From NCBI GenBank assembly GCA_002718345.1, contig PBDA01000031.1, positions 17,260 through 81,259 on the forward strand: a stretch of DNA of 64,000 nt, given 5' to 3'. The notes beneath the pieces are model-generated. The model searched no databases. It was not told where the DNA came from and was given only the letters and a program-made list of their open reading frames with translations. Below, piece after piece: positions 56,309-63,933 of the stretch (the first letter of the stretch is position 1; the number at the start of each line of letters is the position of its first letter). A program made the translations under genes and the position numbers. Source of the stretch: Rhodospirillaceae bacterium (GTDB lineage: Bacteria > Pseudomonadota > Gammaproteobacteria > Steroidobacterales > Rariloculaceae).

Positions 56309-57396
56309 GGCCAATCCTCTGAAGGAGCCATCATTGAACCTCCTGTGCTTAGCGCCAACCACCAATAAGATGGCGCTGATTGTGGATCACCTTCCATTGC
56401 ATAAAGAATTACATTTACCGGCACGTTAAAAGGAAGATCTCTGATAGCACGATTAAAATGTCCAAGACGTTCTCTTCCAGATACACCAGGATTTATGGGA
56501 TTTACCTCGCCCATAGTAGGCAGTCCATCAACAAGCAAATAAATATTGTCTGGCTTTGGGTCTAAAGGTCTCATGCTTGCAAAAGCGGCATGTAAACTTG
56601 TAGGTCCCTCAGGTACCGTTTCTCGCAAATTTTGTACAGCATCGTTGAGGAGACTCCCATCGTTAACTGTCTGCCATCGACCGTTACTGCCATCGATAAG
56701 ACTCCAAGCCTCATTATTGAATGCATAAATCTGTATTTGCGTGCCCGGTTCAATTTGGGTGGTCAACCAATCCACAGTATCAACTGCCTGGCGCCATTTA
56801 GGAGCTTGGAGTTTCTGTTCAACTGACATATTTCGGCGTCTAAGCACATTAACGATCGTGCGATCTAACATACTAGTTGAAGCATCTACCAAAATAACAA
56901 CACGATTTCCTCCCATTCTCAATCCTGTTAGATATTGACGATTTCCATCACCCGTAAAAGAACGAATGCGATCGCCAGCATCTTCCGGCGTGATGCTTGC
57001 AGCTGAGAGTCTCTGAGTCTCATTCTCCAGATCCTCCAACTCAGAGCGAAGCTGTTCAATTGCAGCTTCTCGTGCAGTTGAATCCGCCGTAAGAGTACTG
57101 AACTCCTCTTCAGTAGCCTGAATTTCAGTGACCACCTCTTCCCTTAAAGCACGCAAAACAGCTGATTCCTCGATAAGTGTTGCTAGATCGCTTTTGAGTT
57201 GCACAAGATTTTTACGCCCCGTCAAAACCTTCAGCTCTGCTCGATCTACCTCGCTTGCTAAATCATCGAGTACAGCCTCACGTCGTAAATCAATATTGGC
57301 ATTTATTATCATAAAAAATAGGATTACAGCACCAAAACCGCAGGTCATAGCATCAAGAAAAGATAATGAAAATACATTTAGAGATTTACGAGCCAA
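56305..57396 (-). CDS. TolR/ExbD-like TM anchor - coiled coil - von Willebrand A domain protein (paralog 1)
   Basis: 363 aa. The N-terminus is MARKSLNVFSLSFLDAMTCGFGAVILFFMI, followed by a heptad-rich Glu/Leu segment. The vWA domain has VVILVDASTSM (MIDAS DxSxS) and LLVDGLP. Confidence 0.8.
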   Translation of the reverse strand: MARKSLNVFSLSFLDAMTCGFGAVILFFMIINANIDLRREAVLDDLASEVDRAELKVLTGRKNLVQLKSDLATLIEESAVLRALREEVVTEIQATEEEFSTLTADSTAREAAIEQLRSELEDLENETQRLSAASITPEDAGDRIRSFTGDGNRQYLTGLRMGGNRVVILVDASTSMLDRTIVNVLRRRNMSVEQKLQAPKWRQAVDTVDWLTTQIEPGTQIQIYAFNNEAWSLIDGSNGRWQTVNDGSLLNDAVQNLRETVPEGPTSLHAAFASMRPLDPKPDNIYLLVDGLPTMGEVNPINPGVSGRERLGHFNRAIRDLPFNVPVNVILYAMEGDPQSAPSYWWLALSTGGSMMAPSEDWP

Positions 57397-58786
57397 TATT
57401 TCCCCCTACTGCGATGACATGCAATTCCTCCCCCGATGAGCCAATCCTAATTACATCCGCCGTATGTAAGTCAATCTGACTCGATATCTTTTTATTATTC
57501 ACATAAGCATTTGATCGATTCAAATCTATCAAGCGGAGCACCCCTTCCTTGCGAATAATTTCACAATAGGGCTGAGAAACAGTTGCTGGGTCTTCACCTA
57601 CTACTATGCTGTAAAAATTTTCATCATCTGCCTGGCTAATATAAATAGCGTCAGAATTAATAGCGTAGGCAATTCCACGGTATACCAAGTGTGTAGGCTG
57701 CAAAGGCTTAATAACATTATCACTATTACTTGAGGTTACTGACTTTTCTGACTGTGGAGTATCCAACTCAACCGCATCATCTCTCCAAGACAATCGCTTC
57801 AATAATTTCACTTGGTTATTAGTATGATTAATGTTTTTTAGACCCTTAAGCATACCCAGCGCGGCCTCACCGACATTCATTGATACCACATGCGTGTTAT
57901 CAATCTTTTCAAATTCGCTTGTAATGCCTGGTAACTGATGGAGACGATGAGATAATTGCACAACCAAACCAGTCTCCGGCTTTCGAAGTTGCGAACTAAG
58001 CTGTATCAAAGCCTTACAAAACCCATCTGCCACACCCAACAAATGTTCTCGTTGTATATTTACACAATACTCCTCTCCATTGTGCGAAATCTTTAATTCT
58101 GATTCTCCCTGTTCCTGAAGCTCAGCGAGCCAAACAGGCAAAAAATCGTAAACAAGTTGTTCAGTCTCTGCATGATGAAATGGATCAAAACGCGTCTGCA
58201 AAACAAAAATTTCCGCTACTCTAGCTGCCCACAAATCAAAAAGTGATGAAAGACCTACACTATCAAGCCCTTGCTCATGTTTTTCAAAAGCATCATCATT
58301 TTGCTCAATGACTGATGCTGAGACACGGTGCAAACTAGCGTCCAGATGAAGAATTTGATGGTTAGGATAGGGACGAGTACTTGCAGCAACACCGGCATTC
58401 GCCATTGCGCGCACTGGCATATTGCACTCCTGTGACATCCCCAATAAAAGACCCAATTGATCATGCGTGTAATGTGCTGGCGCCACTAACAATGCATCCA
58501 TATCACTTTGCCCGAATCGTTTCCATATTGAGTCAAGTTGGTTATAAGCTAATTCTGCTGAACTACCCACCGAATCGATACCCGCACTCCCTGATTCCAT
58601 GCTCAGGTCTTCCCAATAACGATTATTAGTCTGCCTTGGGTTAAGTCTTGCCTGAGAATATGCACCCAAACCAGTGACTACTGACCCATTAACTAATGCT
58701 GCATAACCAGGCTCTTTTGCTTTAACCCCATTCTGGTCAGCAATAACCAACTCAGCATCATTAATTTCAATGGCAAGAGTCTTCAC
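57386..58786 (-). CDS. Cytoplasmic protein: degenerate Hsp70/actin-like fold plus a C-terminal FHA-like domain
   Basis: 466 aa with no TM helix. AIEINDAELVIAD, LVAPAHYTHDQLGLLLGMSQECNMPVRAMANAGVAAS and ILHLDASLHRVSASV parallel the DnaK segments IDLGTTNS, ITVPAYF..QR...AGL.V.R.INEPTAAA and DLGGGTFDVS, but lack the Gly-rich phosphate loops. The C-terminus VSQPYCEIIRKEGVLRLIDLNRSNAYVNNKKIS...DVIRIG is FHA-like. Confidence 0.65.
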   Translation of the reverse strand: MKTLAIEINDAELVIADQNGVKAKEPGYAALVNGSVVTGLGAYSQARLNPRQTNNRYWEDLSMESGSAGIDSVGSSAELAYNQLDSIWKRFGQSDMDALLVAPAHYTHDQLGLLLGMSQECNMPVRAMANAGVAASTRPYPNHQILHLDASLHRVSASVIEQNDDAFEKHEQGLDSVGLSSLFDLWAARVAEIFVLQTRFDPFHHAETEQLVYDFLPVWLAELQEQGESELKISHNGEEYCVNIQREHLLGVADGFCKALIQLSSQLRKPETGLVVQLSHRLHQLPGITSEFEKIDNTHVVSMNVGEAALGMLKGLKNINHTNNQVKLLKRLSWRDDAVELDTPQSEKSVTSSNSDNVIKPLQPTHLVYRGIAYAINSDAIYISQADDENFYSIVVGEDPATVSQPYCEIIRKEGVLRLIDLNRSNAYVNNKKISSQIDLHTADVIRIGSSGEELHVIAVGGNIGS

Positions 58787-58795
58787 TTCTCCCCG

Positions 58796-59602
58796 CTATG
58801 CGCCCCCACGTGCCTGCATATGCCTTATAAGATTATGATCAATATAAGTTTGGGTATCGAATACTTGCCGTTCCTGTAGAAGCTGAAGTTGATGTACTAA
58901 AAACATAACTACAATCGAGATTAGCAGGGCGATAAAGGTACTATTGAAAGCCGTGCCAAGACTCTGAGTAACGCCCGCAATATCCCCGTCTACTGCACGA
59001 TGCGCCTGACTTAACGCTTCTCCAATTCCCCTAACGGTTCCAATAAAACCAACGGATGGAATTGCCCATGCAATGTAACGAATCATCGATAACTCAGACT
59101 CAAGGCGTTCACTTTCTGATTCACAAAGGGTATTTGCTACTGAAGATACATCCTGAACATTTCTAGTAGAACCAAAACGTTCAAGAGAAGACAAAAGCAC
59201 TCTCGGTAACAACATGCCTCGAATAGTATCTGGTAAAGCTTGGATAGTGCGCGCATATTCACGAGTATCTTCAGGAAGAATGCGTACCCCTTCCCTAATG
59301 GGCACCAATTCCTGTTGCAACAGCTGCCTCTCTCCTGTTGCCTTAAGCGCTTTAAATCCCATAATGGCAAATGCCCAAAGCATCAGAATAAAGCATGCTT
59401 CCTGTTCAAAATCTCGCACAAGAACATACAAGGAACGTTGAGGAGTGTAATTAGAATCTTCCTGTATACGTATAGTCTGTTCCGCTATGACAGCAGCAGC
59501 TTGTGGCCGAACTACTGTGACATAAACAGCATGAACAATTATTACAGCAATAATCAAAGCAAAAACCTGATACAAAAACTCATTCGGTAGATTTCGTTTC
59601 AT
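58796..59602 (-). CDS. MotA/TolQ/ExbB proton-channel family protein
   Basis: 268 aa with 3-4 TM helices. The channel-family core is AIPSVGFIGTVRGIGEAL...LGTAFNSTFIALLISIVVMF. Confidence 0.85.
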   Translation of the reverse strand: MKRNLPNEFLYQVFALIIAVIIVHAVYVTVVRPQAAAVIAEQTIRIQEDSNYTPQRSLYVLVRDFEQEACFILMLWAFAIMGFKALKATGERQLLQQELVPIREGVRILPEDTREYARTIQALPDTIRGMLLPRVLLSSLERFGSTRNVQDVSSVANTLCESESERLESELSMIRYIAWAIPSVGFIGTVRGIGEALSQAHRAVDGDIAGVTQSLGTAFNSTFIALLISIVVMFLVHQLQLLQERQVFDTQTYIDHNLIRHMQARGGA

Positions 59603-59635
59603 TACTTAAAGCTCACTACAATATGTAAAGACAAC

Positions 59636-59845
59636 CTAAATGTTTACAGGAAAAACAATTTCCTCGTCCGCACCAATTTCTTGGCTAGGTATAAAGATTT
59701 CATCAAGAGGCCGGGTATCTGGCTGAGGAGGGGGTGGTGCTGGTTCTGAGTGAGGCTCAGGTTCTTCTTCTGTCTCTTGGCTTACCGAAGCAAACGAAAA
59801 AACTCCTAGCAAAGCTATGGTCAGAACTGATCTTAATGCTGACAT
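59636..59845 (-). CDS. Small secreted acidic, Pro-rich protein
   Basis: 69 aa with the signal peptide MSALRSVLTIALLGVFSFASVS. The mature part is ETEEEPEPHSEPAPPPPQPDTRPLDE.... It is a short ORF but sits in an operon gap, with spacers of 44 and 33 nt. Confidence 0.5.
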   Translation of the reverse strand: MSALRSVLTIALLGVFSFASVSQETEEEPEPHSEPAPPPPQPDTRPLDEIFIPSQEIGADEEIVFPVNI

Positions 59846-59889
59846 TGACTAACCCCTAATTTACCTTTCCCAAACAAATCGATCATTAA

Positions 59890-62343
59890 TCATTCTAAAT
59901 TTCGAGCTATCCGAAAGCCGATTTTTTCATCGCCCTGCAAACTATAGTTCCTGGAAGCCAGTCGAAGATCACTTACTGTTGCGCTTCTCCAGCTAGCACC
60001 CCTAACAACATGAAAACGTCCGCTTTCTGGTCCTAAAGGATCTTCTTGAATTGCATCAGTTGCAACCCGCGAGACCCCATAGTAATCCTGTACCCATTCG
60101 GAAACATTACCTCCCAAATCAAAGAAACCTATAGCATTAGCTTCAAAACCCCCTGATGGCGATGAGACCGCAAAACCATCGTTATAGGTAACTAGCGTTG
60201 TAGGCAATATACTCGCAGCTGAAACATCAGCATAGTTTCCGGAACGATCTGGTGGTGGCAAAGACTGGCCCCAAGGATAAATAAGAGGCTCTTCCTGTTC
60301 TGCAAAACGGGCAGCCCATGCCCACTCTGCTTCTGTTGGAAGCCTATAACCATTCCTTAAAGGTCTAGCAAATTCCCAACGTCCATCCACTTGCTCATAA
60401 ACTGGCTGCAGCCCATCCTCAATACTAAGCCAGTTCATAAATTGCACTACATCTTCCCAAGCAATCCGTACAACAGGCTGATCTGGCTCATTAAGAGAGG
60501 CCCCAGAATAGCTCCCAGAATCATGAACAGACTGGAAAGCTTGAAATTCTCCATTACTGACCTCTTTCACTCCAAGGTAAAATGCTTTACTAATTTTAAC
60601 TGCCCGTAACGCTTCATTAGATCTGCGTCCCTGTTCTCTGCGCGAAGAACCCATCATAAATTCTCCTGGCAATACTAATCTGAGCTCTTGACCTAAATGT
60701 GTCTGTACTACTCTTGAATAACCTGAACCTGTCTCTGTATTTAATTCCTCTAAGCTTGCTTCCCATTTCTGAGGAAAACCTGGTCTCGGAGTGATACTCA
60801 TCGACCGCGATGTGAATCCTTCAAGTTGAACCGTTATCTCATGACTAACAGTATTAAGCTGAAGTTCTGCTGGGGTTGTACCCTGTAACTCTCCATCTAC
60901 AAATATCTGAGCTGCAGATGGATTACTCAATACCTCAACTGTTCCAAACTGAGGCACCAGATTAACCTCAACAATTTGTTGGCTATCCGCATCAACTACT
61001 AACTCCCGAGTCTCGGATTCATATCCAGGTCGAGTGAGGCCTAACATGTGTGTTTGACCAGGCCTAATACGGAGCATTAGAGGCGTTTGGCCCTGAAATA
61101 TACCGCCTACACTCACGGCAGCTCCTGGCGGATTACTAACAAGCTCAACCTGACCATCTGCCTCTATAAGCCTGACCTCTGGTATTACGATAGGTTCATC
61201 TGCTAAGACCACAAGTGAATCCCGCCATGGATTATGACCATCTAAGTGTAACTCCACGTTTCTTTCACCCGCTCCTAACTCTAGAACAAGAGGCGTTGCT
61301 CCAAACAAAACCCCGTCCACTAAAACCTCAGCCCCTGCTGGAAAGCTACTTATGCTTACTGGCGCCCAGCTAGGCGTAAGCGAGGTAGATAATGTTTGGC
61401 GTTCATGCCCCCCTGTTACATCAAACTCTTGTACTTGCGACAGATAACGCTCCGCTACATACTCAATACGATGCATACCAGGCCTAATCTCAACATCTAC
61501 TAATGGTGTTGTTCCAATAGATACCCCATCCACAAATACATCAATTGGCATATCAGGCTCTGCAAAAAAAGAAATAAGACCGGGCAACTTAGTAAATTCT
61601 AGTTGTATTGTTTGCGCTGGTAACTGCCCAACCTCAATTACTTCTTCTAAGGGGTAATACCCTATCAACTCAGCTGAAATTCTATGAGTTCCAGATCTGA
61701 GAAGATAACGACCTCCCATTTGAAATTTGAACAATGTACGCGGTAAAGATAGCTCCTCAGGAACCGGGTCTATGACAAACTCAACCGATTTTGCAGTGAA
61801 TGCAAACCAAGCAAATATTGCAAGAATGCCGAATGTGCTTCCAATAATCAGGCTTGAACGCTTGGGACGAAACCTTTCACCAAAGTTTTTGTTATTTATT
61901 TTCGGGCGAAATGAGATCGGCGCAATCTCTATTGCCTCTACTTTACCTGGTTCTTTAGCAATCTCTTCAAGGTCTTGAGTTTCTCCTTCAAATCCCTTCA
62001 TGTTTGCTGAAGTACGCACTGTTAAAAGATCGTCAAAAAGCGAACAGACTGCTGAAAAACTTCCCAGAGAAATCACCACTCCATCTTTCAACGACTCAGA
62101 CCCAGCAATCAATTGGTCATTAATTTTCAATCCACGTGTATTCTTACCTGATTGGATAAAGAATGTTCCATCAAGAACTCCAATCTGAAACGAGCCCCTA
62201 ATCTCATTTAGACAGATTTCACAATCATCTGTCTCTCCAATATGAACAGGAAGCTGTTCTTTTCCAAACCAACGGTTCTGACCGTTAGCAGAAATCCTTA
62301 GGGTCCAATCTTCTGGCTCTGTCATCAAATTGGCTCCATGCAC
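59890..62343 (-). CDS. FHA-like domain - TM - five PEGA repeats - FGE/SUMF1-like domain protein
   Basis: 817 aa. The N-terminal FHA-like segment is PVHIGETDDCEICL...FFIQ...LKINDQLI...GVVISLG and the TM helix is IIGSTFGILAIFAWFAFTA. The PEGA repeats include SFPAGAEVLVDGVLFGATPL and SNPPGAAVSVGGIFQGQTPL. The C-terminal FGE fold has LPGEFMMGS, EVSNGEF, GNVSEWVQD, VVRGASW and GFRIARN. Met7 (62325) is an alternative start, giving a TGATG overlap. Confidence 0.85.
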   Translation of the reverse strand: MHGANLMTEPEDWTLRISANGQNRWFGKEQLPVHIGETDDCEICLNEIRGSFQIGVLDGTFFIQSGKNTRGLKINDQLIAGSESLKDGVVISLGSFSAVCSLFDDLLTVRTSANMKGFEGETQDLEEIAKEPGKVEAIEIAPISFRPKINNKNFGERFRPKRSSLIIGSTFGILAIFAWFAFTAKSVEFVIDPVPEELSLPRTLFKFQMGGRYLLRSGTHRISAELIGYYPLEEVIEVGQLPAQTIQLEFTKLPGLISFFAEPDMPIDVFVDGVSIGTTPLVDVEIRPGMHRIEYVAERYLSQVQEFDVTGGHERQTLSTSLTPSWAPVSISSFPAGAEVLVDGVLFGATPLVLELGAGERNVELHLDGHNPWRDSLVVLADEPIVIPEVRLIEADGQVELVSNPPGAAVSVGGIFQGQTPLMLRIRPGQTHMLGLTRPGYESETRELVVDADSQQIVEVNLVPQFGTVEVLSNPSAAQIFVDGELQGTTPAELQLNTVSHEITVQLEGFTSRSMSITPRPGFPQKWEASLEELNTETGSGYSRVVQTHLGQELRLVLPGEFMMGSSRREQGRRSNEALRAVKISKAFYLGVKEVSNGEFQAFQSVHDSGSYSGASLNEPDQPVVRIAWEDVVQFMNWLSIEDGLQPVYEQVDGRWEFARPLRNGYRLPTEAEWAWAARFAEQEEPLIYPWGQSLPPPDRSGNYADVSAASILPTTLVTYNDGFAVSSPSGGFEANAIGFFDLGGNVSEWVQDYYGVSRVATDAIQEDPLGPESGRFHVVRGASWRSATVSDLRLASRNYSLQGDEKIGFRIARNLE

Positions 62344-63842
62344 TGAACTGTTATTGGTTCCAAATCACTGCCGGGTAGAACTATTAGCTCTTGTCTAACA
62401 TCTACATAACCGACCCTGCTACCTATCACAGTGTATGTGCCTGGCTTTAACTCCAACTGTTTAAAGAGGAATTTACCCATTCTACCAACACGATACACAG
62501 TCACTTCAGTCAGTTCATCAGAATAGATTTCCACTGGAATTGGCGTAGATGCTATCTGCACTAATCTACTGAGATCGCTAGTTTGTGACTCCAGTAACGG
62601 ACCTGGCTGTTGAATAGAATAAGCTTCAGTAAGCAGGGATTGTGCATCAGTCAAAGTTTGATCATTGAATAACAAATTTGGGTTTTCGATCAAATTTACA
62701 AGCTTTGCATCCAGGTCGTATCTAACGCGAGCTCTCAAAAGCCCTTGCTGAGCAAATTCTAGAGTATCATCGGTTTCAAGTGCTTCAGTGTAGAGCTGAA
62801 CTGCCATATCCCAAAGTTCTCGTGATTCAAAAGCAATAGCACGCGCCTCTGCCAACGCAATCTCATCAAGTCGCTGGCCTTGCTGGGCTTGTATCAAAGA
62901 GTTCTCTGCTTCTGGAGAATCTGGTCTGATTGCAAGTGCTTCTAGAAAAAAATTATTGGCATCACTGTACTCTTCCTCTGCCAAAGCTCTTAAACCTAGA
63001 GACATTAATGCATCAAATTCCCTATCAATGATGATAGCTTTTACTCCTTCCAATGCGGTCCTAGCCGGGTGCCAAAGCTCATCTATTACTAGGGCTTGCC
63101 TGTACCTTTCTGCCGCAGCTTCATAGTCTGCTGCATTTTCGTTGTCTTCCCCAGCCTTAACCAAAGAAAGTACCTCAGGCAGATTTTGAGCCCTTGCAAG
63201 ACCAACCTTAGCTATTGCATTTTCCGGCTCAATACTCAAAACCAATTGGAATTGCTCAAGTGCTAAATCTGAATTCCCCGCATCCAAAGCATTTGCTGCA
63301 GCAGATAGGGCGGCCTCAATAAGATTGATAGAACGTGTGAGCAAAATCTCGCCAGCATCTATTGCCTGAATGTAGGCTGGAACAGCATCATAAAATGCGT
63401 TGCTCAGATAAGCGTCATCACCTGCCTTTGCTAAAGCTTCATATTGTTCAAAATCCTCACCCCCCCAATCAGCTACCGACTGATCATCCAATTGTCCTTG
63501 CTGTGTGATGAGCTGTGCTAATAAAGCCTCAGCTTCTAAACGAAAAGCTTCTAGTTCATCAGGCGTGAAAACAGGTGTTTCTGGTTCAGCGACATCAGAT
63601 ACATCATCCAAAATAGCTTCAACCGGTTGAAGAGGTTCCTCTTCCACCCACCCGGGCAAAAAGAAAAAGACAATTACAGCAATGACTATCAATGCCCCAA
63701 GCCAAAGACTTGATAAGGGAACAGTTACTCCTTGCTTAGAATTTTCTGCAGAAGCAACAGACTTGAGGGATCCATGCAAACCGGGGTTAACCGGAACAAT
63801 GGCCTCATCTTTTCCGGAATCTTGCACTTTTTTATCTACCAC
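62325..63842 (-). CDS. Single-pass membrane protein with an acidic linker, TPR-like repeats and a C-terminal PEGA-like beta domain
   Basis: 505 aa with a GTG start and GAAGG 8 nt upstream. The TM helix is LWLGALIVIAVIVFFFL. Repeated Ala/Leu/Glu-rich TPR-like helices follow. The C-terminus is LKPGTYTVIGSRVGYVDVRQELIV. Confidence 0.75.
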   Translation of the reverse strand: MVDKKVQDSGKDEAIVPVNPGLHGSLKSVASAENSKQGVTVPLSSLWLGALIVIAVIVFFFLPGWVEEEPLQPVEAILDDVSDVAEPETPVFTPDELEAFRLEAEALLAQLITQQGQLDDQSVADWGGEDFEQYEALAKAGDDAYLSNAFYDAVPAYIQAIDAGEILLTRSINLIEAALSAAANALDAGNSDLALEQFQLVLSIEPENAIAKVGLARAQNLPEVLSLVKAGEDNENAADYEAAAERYRQALVIDELWHPARTALEGVKAIIIDREFDALMSLGLRALAEEEYSDANNFFLEALAIRPDSPEAENSLIQAQQGQRLDEIALAEARAIAFESRELWDMAVQLYTEALETDDTLEFAQQGLLRARVRYDLDAKLVNLIENPNLLFNDQTLTDAQSLLTEAYSIQQPGPLLESQTSDLSRLVQIASTPIPVEIYSDELTEVTVYRVGRMGKFLFKQLELKPGTYTVIGSRVGYVDVRQELIVLPGSDLEPITVQCMEPI

Positions 63843-63933
63843 TATCTACCTTCGGATAAAGAGCCTACTTTAATAAGCCACTTAACTCTCAGAAATAGCC
63901 CATAACTTCCTGTGCTTGTTATTCAATAGCATC

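Noticed and set aside
54458-63842. Assignment of the MotA/vWA/OmpA operon to a known system (Zorya, Bat/MoxR aerotolerance, Tol-Pal, ExbBD-TonB)
   Set aside because: Zorya needs a long-tailed ZorA plus ZorC/D-type partners, and none is present. Bat-type vWA operons carry a MoxR AAA+ ATPase and a DUF58 protein, neither seen in the window. Tol-Pal and TonB systems have TolA/TonB, TolB and Pal, and lack vWA, FHA and PEGA modules. None fits, though genes beyond position 64000 cannot be excluded.
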